NCBI GenBank assembly: GCA_021800535.1
Contig: JAJYYV010000001.1
Location: forward strand, 84,641-148,640
DNA: 64,000 bases
Direction of reading: 5' to 3'
From: a bacterium
GTDB taxonomy: Bacteria > Ratteibacteria > UBA8468 > B48-G9 > DTJG01
Shown piece by piece: positions 50,429 through 60,085 of this stretch; position 1 is the first letter of the stretch; each line of letters begins with the position of its first letter. The notes under the pieces are model-generated. The model saw nothing but the letters and a program-made list of their open reading frames with translations. It ran no database searches and was not told where the DNA came from. The translations under genes were made by a program, and so were the position numbers.

Positions 50429-51334
50429 ATGAATTTGCTGAATATTATTTTATTATTTATTGGCTGGTCTGTTTTTCTTGTTGTAGCCGGGTTATTTGTT
50501 TTAGGTATTGAAAGGAAAATAGCGGCAAGACTGCAATGGAGAGTTGGGCCTCCGATATGGCAAAATTTTACTGATGTGATAAAACTTTCAGGAAAAGAGA
50601 TTCTTATACCTGAAAAAGCGAATAAATTGGTTTTTATTATTGCACCATTTGCTGCATTTTTATCTGCATTGGTTAGCGGAGTTATTATTATATTATCTCT
50701 GCTATATGGAAAAATAATGCCTGGAGACCTTATCCTTCTTATTTATCTTTTAACAGTGCCTTCTTTATGTTTATTTCTTGGAGCAAGTGCTTCAGGTAAT
50801 ATCCTTGCTTCTGTAGGCGCCTCCAGGGAAATAAAATTAGTTCTTGCATATGAATTACCTTTTATTGCTGCTATGATACTTGTTATTTTTAAGTCGGGTT
50901 TTTCAACATCTCTTTATAACATTATAAAAATTCAAAAAGAAACAGGCATTAATTTTTTATCTGTAGCTGGTTTTTTAGGTTTTTTTATTGCTTTTTTGGG
51001 AATTATAGGAAAACTTGGAATAGTGCCCTTTGATATTGCAGAAGCAGAAACAGAAATTGCAGGAGGAGTGCTTGTGGAATATTCCGGCATGCTTCTTGGT
51101 TTTTATAAAATGACAAGAGCTATTTTGTTTATTGTGCTGCCTGTTTTGCTTATGGTATGTTTTCTTGGGGGATTTAATGGCTGGGTTGGTCTTTTAAAAT
51201 ATATTGTGATATTTGTACTATTGGTGCTGATAAAAAATACAAATCCAAGAGTAAGAATAGACCAGGCTCTAAGATTTTACTGGGGGTTTACAACAATAAT
51301 CATATTTATAAGTTTTCTTTTTTTAAGGGTATAG
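50429..51334 (+). CDS. Membrane subunit of group 4 [NiFe] hydrogenase (NuoH/HycD/MbhM-like)
   Basis: Polytopic membrane protein; the ERKIAARLQWRVGP motif is characteristic of NuoH/HycD. Confidence 0.75.
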   Translation: MNLLNIILLFIGWSVFLVVAGLFVLGIERKIAARLQWRVGPPIWQNFTDVIKLSGKEILIPEKANKLVFIIAPFAAFLSALVSGVIIILSLLYGKIMPGDLILLIYLLTVPSLCLFLGASASGNILASVGASREIKLVLAYELPFIAAMILVIFKSGFSTSLYNIIKIQKETGINFLSVAGFLGFFIAFLGIIGKLGIVPFDIAEAETEIAGGVLVEYSGMLLGFYKMTRAILFIVLPVLLMVCFLGGFNGWVGLLKYIVIFVLLVLIKNTNPRVRIDQALRFYWGFTTIIIFISFLFLRV

Positions 51335-51337
51335 AAT

Positions 51338-51757
51338 ATGGATATTAAAACAAAAGCTTTAAAGAAATCTTTATGGGTATTTCATCTTTCTGTAGGTTCG
51401 TGTAATAATTGTGATATAGAAATACTTGACTGTTTAACGCCAAAATTTGATATTGAAAGATTTGGTATGGTTTTAGTGGGAAGTCCAAGGCATGCAGATG
51501 TTCTTCTTGTTACCGGCATTGTCACCAAAAAGAATGTGGAAAGAGTAAAAATACTCTATCAACAGACTGCAAAACCATGTTTTGTTGTAGCCATTGGCAC
51601 ATGTGCCTGCTCGGGTAATATGTTTAGATTTGGATATAATATGGGGGGTCCTTTAAAGAATATTATTCCTGTGGATGTTTTTATACCGGGATGTCCTCCA
51701 ACTCCAGCGGCAATGTTAGCCGGAATAACAAAATTATTAAACAAGGTAAAAGAGTAA
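51338..51757 (+). CDS. [NiFe] hydrogenase small subunit (NuoB/HycG/MbhJ-like)
   Basis: VGSCNNCDIE, GTCACSG and PGCPP are Cys motifs for the proximal 4Fe-4S cluster. Confidence 0.85.
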   Translation: MDIKTKALKKSLWVFHLSVGSCNNCDIEILDCLTPKFDIERFGMVLVGSPRHADVLLVTGIVTKKNVERVKILYQQTAKPCFVVAIGTCACSGNMFRFGYNMGGPLKNIIPVDVFIPGCPPTPAAMLAGITKLLNKVKE

Positions 51758-51759
51758 AT

Positions 51760-52197
51760 ATGGAACTTAAGAATATTTTAATAGAAAAATTAGGAAGTAA
51801 GATAAAGGAATATAAAGAACCTACGAATAGGCGGATTTATATTACAATTGATAAAGATTCATTGGCTGAGTGTGCCAGAATAATTTTTAAGGATATGGAT
51901 GCCAGATATATTGTGGCAAGTGGAGTCCACAATGAGGATAGTTTTGAAGTGCTTTATCATTTTGGTTTTGATAAACAGGGTATAGTAGTCTCTTTAAGGG
52001 TATATTTAGATAAAGATAATCCTGAAATTGAATCTCTGGTCTGGTTAATACCGGGTATTGAATATATAGAAAGAGAAACCTGGGAATTACTTGGAATAAA
52101 ATTTTTAAATAATCCCAATCTTAAACATTTTCTTCTGGCAGAAGACTGGCCGGAAGGTAATTATCCGGTAAGAAAAAATATAAAAGGAAAAAAATGA
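51760..52197 (+). CDS. NuoC-like 30 kDa subunit of the hydrogenase (MbhK-like); start moved from 51691 to 51760
   Basis: NuoC-type fold by composition and position; the ATG at 51760 directly follows the small-subunit stop. Confidence 0.65.
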   Translation: MELKNILIEKLGSKIKEYKEPTNRRIYITIDKDSLAECARIIFKDMDARYIVASGVHNEDSFEVLYHFGFDKQGIVVSLRVYLDKDNPEIESLVWLIPGIEYIERETWELLGIKFLNNPNLKHFLLAEDWPEGNYPVRKNIKGKK

Positions 52198-53381
52198 AAA
52201 AAGTAATTGTTCCCCTGGGACCGTATCATCCTTTGTTTGAAGAGCCGGAATTTTTTGAGCTTTATTGTGATGGAGAAAGGGTTGTAGATGTTGAGTGGCA
52301 TGCAGGCTATAACCATAGAGGAATTGAAAAGATTTCAGAATCAAAACACTGGGACCAGGTAACATTTCTTGTTGAAAGAATTTGTGGTATATGTTCCAAT
52401 TCTCATCCTATGGCTTATTGTAATGCAGTGGAGAATCTCCTGGGGCTTGATATTCCTGAAAGGGCAAAATATATAAGAACAATTATTTCAGAAATGGAGA
52501 GGCTGCATAGTCATTTCTTATGGGTTGGGCTTGCCGGACATTTTCTTGGATATAATACTGTTTTTATGTGGGCATGGAAATATAGAGAACCGCTTCTTGA
52601 TATGTTTGAGGTGATAACAGGCGGGAGAAATAATTATTCTATGATAAAGATTGGCGGGGTCAGAAGAGATATTAATGACCAGCAGATAGAAATGTTAAGG
52701 AAAATGCTGGATGGTATTAGTTCTCAACTTAATATGTTAACCAAAGTATTTTTAGATGACCCTGTTTTACAGGCAAGACTTGTAAATGTAGGTGTTCTGA
52801 CAAAACAGGATGTGAAAAATTATGGAGCCGTAGGACCTGTTGCAAGGGCTTCAGGTGTTGATATTGATATAAGAAGGGATAATCCTTATGCTGCATATAA
52901 TCTTGTTGATTGGAAGGTTATAACAAGAGAAAATGGAGATGTTTTTGATAAGGCTGTTGTACGGCTTCTTGAAGGTTTTGAATCTGTAAAAATTATTAGA
53001 CAATGTCTTGATAGAATAGAACATAAAAAAGGGGAAATTCTTGCTGAGGTAAGGGAAATTCCTGCTGGTGAAGGGATAGGGAGACATGAGGCTTTAAGAG
53101 GAGAAGTATTCCATTATGTCAGAAGTGATGGTTCATCAAGTCCAGTCCGACATAAAATCAGGGCACCCAGCTATGTAAATGTTCCTACATTTAAGAAAAG
53201 TTCTATAGGCCAGACCATTTCAGATGTTGCAATTATTCTTGCCGGAGTTGACCCATGTTATTGTTGTACAGAAAGGGTTGCAATTTATGATGCTAATACT
53301 AAAAAGTCTAGAGATATTACCTGGCCGGAGATTGTTAAAAAAAGCCAGGAAAAAACTGAACAATTGAAAAAACATGGATAA
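52194..53381 (+). CDS. [NiFe] hydrogenase large subunit, group 4 (NuoD/HycE/MbhL-like)
   Basis: N-terminal Ni-binding RICGICSNSHP and C-terminal DPCYCCTERV motifs. Confidence 0.9.
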   Translation: MKKVIVPLGPYHPLFEEPEFFELYCDGERVVDVEWHAGYNHRGIEKISESKHWDQVTFLVERICGICSNSHPMAYCNAVENLLGLDIPERAKYIRTIISEMERLHSHFLWVGLAGHFLGYNTVFMWAWKYREPLLDMFEVITGGRNNYSMIKIGGVRRDINDQQIEMLRKMLDGISSQLNMLTKVFLDDPVLQARLVNVGVLTKQDVKNYGAVGPVARASGVDIDIRRDNPYAAYNLVDWKVITRENGDVFDKAVVRLLEGFESVKIIRQCLDRIEHKKGEILAEVREIPAGEGIGRHEALRGEVFHYVRSDGSSSPVRHKIRAPSYVNVPTFKKSSIGQTISDVAIILAGVDPCYCCTERVAIYDANTKKSRDITWPEIVKKSQEKTEQLKKHG

Positions 53382-55182
53382 TATAATTACATTTTTTATA
53401 GCTGTACCATTTATAGCAGGATTGTTATGTCTTTTTATCAAAAGACCCGCTTTTTACCTAAAAGAAGCTATTTCCCTGCTGATATCTATAGGAATGTTTG
53501 TGTTTGCTATAGGACTTTTTGGATTTAGTCTTGCTATTAAAACATCTGGTTATGCAACTGAACTGTTCTGGATAGATTCTTTAAGTAAGTTTATGTTTCT
53601 TTGTATAACTTTTTTCACCCTGGCTATTATAGTATATAGCATAGGATTTATGAAGAAAGCACCAAAATTAAATCAATTTTATGGCTATATACTTTTAACA
53701 ATGTCTGCAAGTATAGGTGCTGTTTTTTCCAATAATATTATTTTATTTATAGTTTTTTGGGGGTTTCTTGCCATTATGCTTTATCTTCTTATAGGGCTTG
53801 GGGAACATCCGGATACCGCTGAATTTGCCAAAAAGTCTCTTATAATGGTTGGTGGAAGTGATTCCCTGCTTATACTTGGTTCCGTGATTCTAATCTTTTT
53901 AAGTAAAAGTTTCTTTTTTTCAGAAATGAAAATACCTTTATTTTCTACTACAGCCATACTTGGGTTTTTCTGCCTTTTATCTGCAGCATTTGTAAAAGCA
54001 GGGGTGTTTCCAGTACACACATGGATACCTGATATAGCAGAGTCTGCTCCTGTTCCTGCTCTGGCTTTTTTCCCCGCTTCTCTGGATAAACTTCTTGGAA
54101 TATATCTTTTTGCCCGAATATATCTGGATATATTTATGTTTAATCCGGATATTCAGATTATTATTTGTTTTTTTGGTTCTTTAACAATTATTATAGCTGT
54201 GCTAATGGCTCTTAATCAGCATAATATGAAAAAATTACTTTCTTATCATGCAGTAAGCCAGGTGGGATATATGGTTCTTGGGATTGCAAGTGCTACCCCT
54301 ATTGGTATTATAGGCGGACTTTTTCATATGCTAAATAATGCCCTTTATAAAACAGGTCTTTTCTTTGGGGCGGGTTCTGTAGAAAAACAAACAAAAACCG
54401 ACCATATGGATAAATTAGGGGGACTTGCAAAATATATGCCTGTGACATTTTTTTCTTTTTTGTTTGCGGCTCTTGCAATATCAGGGGTTCCTCCTTTTAA
54501 TGGATTTTTTTCTAAATGGTTTATTTATCAGGGTTTAATTACAGAGGCAAAGAACAATCCATCTTTTGTTCTATGGATTGTTGCTGCAATGTTTGGCAGC
54601 GCTTTAACCCTTGCCAGTTTTTTAAAGATAATTCATTCTGTTTTTTTAGGCCATAGCAAACAGGAAAAGGTTAAAGACAGTTCTTTGTGGATGCTTGTTC
54701 CTATGGTTGTAATATCTATAATATGCTTACTATTTGGTGTTTTATGGTGGATTCCGGTAAGAACATTTTTACTTCCTATCATACATACCCGGTTAGGAAT
54801 AATGACAATTTTGGGAGGTATCTCTTTAAATCTTGGCATTATGCTTATAATAATAGCTTTAATTATTGGATTGATTTTATATCTTTTTATGACAGGAAAA
54901 ACTTTTAGAAAGGTTCCTTCTTTTATTGGAGGTGAACAGGTTAATCCTGATATGGAAATGAGTGGAACTGAATTTTATAGAACTATTGAAGAAACAGATT
55001 TTTTTGCTCCGCTATATAGATTTGCCAAAAAGAAGTATTTTGATATCTATGATATAGTCAAAAGTATAATAGAATATTTTGGGAATATTTTGAAAAAAGT
55101 ACAATCAGGTGTTTTAAACACATATATTACCTGGATACTTTTTGGGGTTATTGTTTTATTTTTATTGTTTTTTGGAGTTTGA
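53374..55182 (+). CDS. MrpA/NuoL-like cation/proton antiporter subunit (MbhH-like)
   Basis: 602 aa polytopic; WIPDIAESAPVPALAF is typical of the NuoL/MrpA family. Confidence 0.75.
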   Translation: MDNIITFFIAVPFIAGLLCLFIKRPAFYLKEAISLLISIGMFVFAIGLFGFSLAIKTSGYATELFWIDSLSKFMFLCITFFTLAIIVYSIGFMKKAPKLNQFYGYILLTMSASIGAVFSNNIILFIVFWGFLAIMLYLLIGLGEHPDTAEFAKKSLIMVGGSDSLLILGSVILIFLSKSFFFSEMKIPLFSTTAILGFFCLLSAAFVKAGVFPVHTWIPDIAESAPVPALAFFPASLDKLLGIYLFARIYLDIFMFNPDIQIIICFFGSLTIIIAVLMALNQHNMKKLLSYHAVSQVGYMVLGIASATPIGIIGGLFHMLNNALYKTGLFFGAGSVEKQTKTDHMDKLGGLAKYMPVTFFSFLFAALAISGVPPFNGFFSKWFIYQGLITEAKNNPSFVLWIVAAMFGSALTLASFLKIIHSVFLGHSKQEKVKDSSLWMLVPMVVISIICLLFGVLWWIPVRTFLLPIIHTRLGIMTILGGISLNLGIMLIIIALIIGLILYLFMTGKTFRKVPSFIGGEQVNPDMEMSGTEFYRTIEETDFFAPLYRFAKKKYFDIYDIVKSIIEYFGNILKKVQSGVLNTYITWILFGVIVLFLLFFGV

Positions 55183-55183
55183 T

Positions 55184-55726
55184 ATGATAAGTATAACAAT
55201 AGAGATTTTTTTGATTTTTATGCTGATAGGAGCATTGATAGCTGTAGAAATAACAGACCTGTTATATTCTGTTATTTCAATCGGTGCAATAGGATTTTTT
55301 TCAAGTATAGGATTTTTATTGCTGGGAGCGCCTGATATAGCAATAATCCAGATGGTTGTTGAAACTCTGTCTTTAATTATACTTGTAAGGGCAACTATAA
55401 GAAAAGATATACATACCATTTCCGGAGATAGAGAGTTTTTTGGGCTTCTTTCAACTGTTGCAATACTTTTTTTCTTCTTTTTGTATATATTTAAAGCTAC
55501 ACAAACATATCCTGTTTTTGGTAATCCTGTAATGTCAAGAATTTCAGATTCTGCATCCAATATATATCTTGCTAAAGGATTAAAACAAACAGGAAGTCCG
55601 GATATTGTAAGTGCTATAGTTTTTAATTATAGATTTTTAGATGTTCTTGGAGCAAATGCTGTGATTTTTGCGGCATTTCTTGGCGCCCTTGCAATACTAA
55701 GACAAAAAGCAAAAAAGAAACAATAA
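55184..55726 (+). CDS. MrpB N-terminal-domain-like membrane subunit (MbhD-like); start moved to 55184
   Basis: Small hydrophobic protein; the ATG follows the upstream stop; matches the Mrp-module position. Confidence 0.5.
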   Translation: MISITIEIFLIFMLIGALIAVEITDLLYSVISIGAIGFFSSIGFLLLGAPDIAIIQMVVETLSLIILVRATIRKDIHTISGDREFFGLLSTVAILFFFFLYIFKATQTYPVFGNPVMSRISDSASNIYLAKGLKQTGSPDIVSAIVFNYRFLDVLGANAVIFAAFLGALAILRQKAKKKQ

Positions 55727-55727
55727 A

Positions 55728-56219
55728 ATGGAAAAAGAAAATAAAAAAGCAGGAATGAGCAATATTGTAAAAGTTGTTGCTTCCTGGCAACGAACATTTA
55801 TTTTTATGTTTGGATTATATCTTATTGCCTATGGACAGATAACTATAGGTGGAGGTTTTGCAGGAGGAATTATTATTGCGGGTACATTTATCCTTACTAC
55901 TCTTGCGTTTGGTAAAGAAATTGCATTGGGTAAGCTTGGAAGATTACTTGCTTTTAGATTGGCATCAATTGGTGGGATATTTTTAATACTGACAGCCGTT
56001 ATAAATAATAATTTTAGATTTACACATGTTCTTGTTGAAACCCCTTCAGGAAATTTTGCATTATTTAGTGCTGGTTTTATTCCTATTTATAATTTGGGGC
56101 TTGGTATTATCATCGGGGCTTCATTTTTTATGATTTTTATTATTCTTTCAATGCATAGAATTATAAATATTAATGGAACAAAAAAACTTATAATAACAAA
56201 GAAGTGGGGGCAAAAATGA
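55728..56219 (+). CDS. MrpB C-terminal-domain-like membrane subunit (MbhE-like)
   Basis: 163 aa hydrophobic; position within the Mrp module. Confidence 0.45.
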   Translation: MEKENKKAGMSNIVKVVASWQRTFIFMFGLYLIAYGQITIGGGFAGGIIIAGTFILTTLAFGKEIALGKLGRLLAFRLASIGGIFLILTAVINNNFRFTHVLVETPSGNFALFSAGFIPIYNLGLGIIIGASFFMIFIILSMHRIININGTKKLIITKKWGQK

Positions 56220-56563
56220 TATATGCATTAGCTATCACAGTTTTTATGGTGGGTTTATATGCTGTATGCTGTAAAAAAAATATAATAAAAATTATTCAGG
56301 GGGTAATAATTATGGAATATGCCCTGAATTTTTTTATAATACTTCTTGGTTATAGAAAAGGCGGTATTGCTCCAATTATAAATAAAATAACAGATATGCA
56401 TACCTTTGCTGCACAATCTGTGGACCCTTTACCTCAGGCTATAGTTTTTATATCTATTTTGATAGGGCTTGGCCTTCTTGCTTTGATGGTGGCTCTTGCT
56501 ATAAGGCTTTATGAAAGGTATGGGACCTTTGATATAACTGAAATGAAAAAATTAAAAGGATAA
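56204..56563 (+). CDS. MrpC/NuoK-like subunit
   Basis: 119 aa, three TM helices; NuoK-like. Confidence 0.55.
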   Translation: MGAKMIYALAITVFMVGLYAVCCKKNIIKIIQGVIIMEYALNFFIILLGYRKGGIAPIINKITDMHTFAAQSVDPLPQAIVFISILIGLGLLALMVALAIRLYERYGTFDITEMKKLKG

Positions 56564-56566
56564 AAA

Positions 56567-58060
56567 ATGATAAATCCATTTGTTTTTATTGCTTTGCCGA
56601 TGGGTATGGCATTTTTGATAGCATTGATTGGCCATCAGTATAAAAAATCACCTGATTTTTTGGCTAATCTTACTATGGGAATATTATTTATTTTATCTGC
56701 TATATGTTATGGAAAATCTACAATTTACTATATAGGAAACTGGTCTCCTTCTATTGGAATTCCACTTGTTTTAGATGGTTTGAGCGGGCTTATGCTGATT
56801 ATTATAAATTTTATTGGTTTTATGTCAGCAATATTTTCAATACAATATATAGAAAAATTTTATACATCAAAGCTAAGATACTATGGACTGTTTTTATTAA
56901 CAATTGCAGGATTAAATGGAATAGTTTTAAGCGGAGATATTTTTTCTATATATGTATTCCTGGAATTAGCATCAATTTCTTCCTATGCTCTTGTGGGATT
57001 TGGTTGTGGGGCAGAAGAATTAGAAGCGGCTTTTAAGTACCTTATTATGGGAACAATAGCATCATTCTTTATTCTTTTGGGAATAGCGCTTCTTTATGGA
57101 GCAACGGGAAACCTTAATCTTGCAGCAATAGCAAATGTGGTTCAATCTCAGGGATTTAGCGACCCAATCAAAATTGCTTTTATTTTCCTTATCTCTGGTT
57201 TCTTTATTAAAGCAGCTTCCATCCCATTTCATTCATGGCTTCCTGATGCTCATTCCTCTGCGCCATCTTCTATTTCGGCAATTCTTTCTGGTATTGTTGT
57301 AAAAATCACAGGTATATACTGTATTATCCGGCTTGTATATAATGTATTTGGTGCAACTGTTCTTATCTCTCATATTTTGTTATATATAGGGCTTATATCT
57401 ATAATACTTGCTGGAATTATGGCGTTTATGCAGACAAATATAAAAAGAACCTTTGCATATTCCACAATAAGCCAGCTGGGTTATGTATTTTTTGCTCTTG
57501 GTATTGGTACTCCTCTTGCTATATTTGGAGCTATGTTTCAGTTGTTTAATCATGCAATATTTAAGCCCCTGCTTTTTCTTAATTCCGGCTCTGTGGATTA
57601 TCAGACAGGAGAAAAAGTCATTAATAAAATGGGTAAATTGAATGAGAAAATGCCTGTCACATCAACCTCTACCTTAATTGGTTCTTTATCAATCTCCGGG
57701 ATTCCTCCTTTTAATGGATTCTGGAGTAAGTTAATTATAATAATAGCAGCTGTGCAGGCAAATCTTATTGGTCCTGCAATATGGGCAATAATTGGAAGTA
57801 TATTAACTCTTTCATATTATTCCAAAGTATTGAAATGTTGTTTTTTTGGTAAGGGAGCCCAGTTTAATGAAGAAAAATGGAAATCGTTTAGAGAGGTGCC
57901 TGGTTTAATGCTTATACCTGTGATAACACTTGCTTTTATGTGTATTATTGGCGGAATATTTATTATTCATGGATATAATGGGTTTTTTGGTAGGCCGGTA
58001 AAGGATATTATTAATGGTCCTTTATGGTATATTCAATCTGTATTTGGGAGTTATAAATGA
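56567..58060 (+). CDS. MrpD/NuoM-like antiporter subunit
   Basis: 497 aa; WLPDAHSSAPSSISAILSG matches the NuoM/MrpD consensus. Confidence 0.75.
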   Translation: MINPFVFIALPMGMAFLIALIGHQYKKSPDFLANLTMGILFILSAICYGKSTIYYIGNWSPSIGIPLVLDGLSGLMLIIINFIGFMSAIFSIQYIEKFYTSKLRYYGLFLLTIAGLNGIVLSGDIFSIYVFLELASISSYALVGFGCGAEELEAAFKYLIMGTIASFFILLGIALLYGATGNLNLAAIANVVQSQGFSDPIKIAFIFLISGFFIKAASIPFHSWLPDAHSSAPSSISAILSGIVVKITGIYCIIRLVYNVFGATVLISHILLYIGLISIILAGIMAFMQTNIKRTFAYSTISQLGYVFFALGIGTPLAIFGAMFQLFNHAIFKPLLFLNSGSVDYQTGEKVINKMGKLNEKMPVTSTSTLIGSLSISGIPPFNGFWSKLIIIIAAVQANLIGPAIWAIIGSILTLSYYSKVLKCCFFGKGAQFNEEKWKSFREVPGLMLIPVITLAFMCIIGGIFIIHGYNGFFGRPVKDIINGPLWYIQSVFGSYK

Positions 58061-58557
58061 GAAGACTTATTCTTGGATGTATGGCATTTATTATGTGGCT
58101 GATGTTAACCTGGCCATTTAATTCTTCTGTTGGTTATCAAGGAATTTTTATTGGAATTATTGCATCTTGTTTTGTTGCAATATTTTTCGGAGATTATATT
58201 CCTGGAATATCTGAAAAGTTCCTTGAACCGCAGAGGTGGTTGTGGGCTATATATTATATATTTGTATTTTTATGGTATTGTTTTCTGGGTAACTTAGATG
58301 TAGCTTATAGAGTTCTTCATCCTGATATGCCTATTAAACCAGGTATTGTTAAGGTAAGAACAAAATTAAACAATCTGATTGGACTTACAATTCTTGCAAA
58401 TTCTATCACTCTTACACCAGGAACAACAACAATTGAAGCCACTGATGATGGATATCTTTATGTACACTGGATAAATGTGAAAACCCAGGATGAACAAGAG
58501 GCTACAGAGATAATAGTAAAAAAATTTGAAGAAATTCTTGAGAGGATTTTTGAATGA
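58057..58557 (+). CDS. MrpE-like subunit
   Basis: 166 aa; Mrp operon order. Confidence 0.5.
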   Translation: MRRLILGCMAFIMWLMLTWPFNSSVGYQGIFIGIIASCFVAIFFGDYIPGISEKFLEPQRWLWAIYYIFVFLWYCFLGNLDVAYRVLHPDMPIKPGIVKVRTKLNNLIGLTILANSITLTPGTTTIEATDDGYLYVHWINVKTQDEQEATEIIVKKFEEILERIFE

Positions 58558-58811
58558 TTATATTTGGTTTTATAATTCTGATTATATGTTCAGCTTTATG
58601 TTTATATAGAATAGGAAGAGGCCCAACAGCTTCAGATAGGTCTGTGGCAATTGATATTTTGGGTATTATTGTTGTTGCTTTTTGTGTCCTTTTGTATTTT
58701 AAAACCGGGGATGGGTTTTATTTAATAGTTGCAATAGCATGGGCATTATTAAGTTTTATTGGAGCTCTTGCCCTTGCAAAATTTCTTGAGGATAAAGGTT
58801 TTGATGAATAA
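58554..58811 (+). CDS. MrpF-like subunit
   Basis: 85 aa, three TM helices; follows MrpE. Confidence 0.5.
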   Translation: MIIFGFIILIICSALCLYRIGRGPTASDRSVAIDILGIIVVAFCVLLYFKTGDGFYLIVAIAWALLSFIGALALAKFLEDKGFDE

Positions 58812-58836
58812 AACAAATTATAAGGGGGTTGTATAA

Positions 58837-59181
58837 ATGAAAGAAACAATATCACATATTTTTTTATTTATAGGGCTTTTATTTGATCTTCTTGGGTGTA
58901 TAGGATTGGTAAGATTTCCGGATGTTTATCTTAGACTTATGGCAGCAACAAAAAGTGTTACCCTTGGCACAGGGCTAATACTTCTTAGTGTTGTTATTGC
59001 AGGCAGTGCTCCTGTGGCGGCAAAAGCTGTTTTAGTTTTACTTTTTATTTCTGTAACATCTCCTACGGCGGCACACGCTCTTGCCAGGGCTTCCAGTGTT
59101 TCCGATATAAAAATGTGGGAAGGAACAGTTTGTGATAAATTTACAGAAGACAGGAAAAGGAAAACAAATGAAAAAACCTAA
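58837..59181 (+). CDS. MrpG (MnhG)-like subunit
   Basis: LGCIGLVRFPDVYLRLMAATK matches the MnhG signature. Confidence 0.65.
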   Translation: MKETISHIFLFIGLLFDLLGCIGLVRFPDVYLRLMAATKSVTLGTGLILLSVVIAGSAPVAAKAVLVLLFISVTSPTAAHALARASSVSDIKMWEGTVCDKFTEDRKRKTNEKT

Positions 59182-59791
59182 ACTAAGAGAACTTAATGAA
59201 GCGATAAAAAGTCTTTTTTCAAGGCCGCATACAACAAGGTTTCCCAGAGAACCTTTAAACATGCCTGAAGGGTTCCGCGGCAAACCCCAGTTTTATGAAG
59301 ATGGTTGTGTTGGTTGTGGTGCCTGTGCCCAGGTATGTCCTGCAAAAGCAATTGAGGTGGAAGAAAATTTGGACCCTGCCAATCCAACAAGAAATCTGAC
59401 GCATATTCCTGCGTACTGTATAAACTGCCAGGAATGTGAAAGAAATTGTATAACAGGCCAGGGAATAAAACTAACAAAACAGTTTGATGTTTCTTATTTT
59501 TCAGAAGAAGAGGTTAATCATTCTATCCAGCACCAGCTTGTTCTTTGCAGTCATTGCGGTTCTGTTATTGGGACTAAAAAACATATACTCTGGGTAATAA
59601 ACCGGGTGGGTTCTTTATCCTTTGCACAGGCAAACTATATTGAGTTTATTCAGAAATCTTTGAAAATACAAGCAATTATTCCGGAAAAACAGAACAAAGA
59701 AGAAAAAATTGAAAGAGAGGAAATTTTCAATCTTATCTGTCCAAAATGCAGACGCGCTGTTTACCTTGAGGATGAAAAAATTCACTTCTAA
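59168..59791 (+). CDS. NuoI/HycF/MbhN-like 2x[4Fe-4S] subunit with a C-terminal Cys-pair extension; start moved to 59168
   Basis: CVGCGACAQVCP and CINCQECERNC; extra CSHCGS...CPKCRR pairs. Confidence 0.7.
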   Translation: MKKPKLRELNEAIKSLFSRPHTTRFPREPLNMPEGFRGKPQFYEDGCVGCGACAQVCPAKAIEVEENLDPANPTRNLTHIPAYCINCQECERNCITGQGIKLTKQFDVSYFSEEEVNHSIQHQLVLCSHCGSVIGTKKHILWVINRVGSLSFAQANYIEFIQKSLKIQAIIPEKQNKEEKIEREEIFNLICPKCRRAVYLEDEKIHF

Positions 59792-59821
59792 ATCTCCAGT
59801 TTTTGTTATATAATACTAATT

Positions 59822-60085
59822 ATGCACGAACTATCCATAGCGCAGTACTTATTTGATTTTTGTAAAACAATAGAACAGCAATATAAACCAAAGGAAATTA
59901 CAAAAATAAATCTTTCTGTTAATCCTTTAAGCTGTCTTAATGAAGATATTTTAGGGTTTTTGTTAAAAAATATTGCAGAATCAGAAAAAAATATCGCACT
60001 ACAAAATGTGAAGATACATATAGAGAAAAATAATTCTCCTGATAGCAGAGAGATTACAGTGAAAGATATAGAAATAGAGGAGTGA
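59822..60085 (+). CDS. hypA: HypA-like hydrogenase nickel-insertion protein lacking the CxxC...CxxC zinc site
   Basis: Starts MHELSIAQ as HypA does; only 87 aa and without the two CxxC pairs. Confidence 0.55.
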   Translation: MHELSIAQYLFDFCKTIEQQYKPKEITKINLSVNPLSCLNEDILGFLLKNIAESEKNIALQNVKIHIEKNNSPDSREITVKDIEIEE

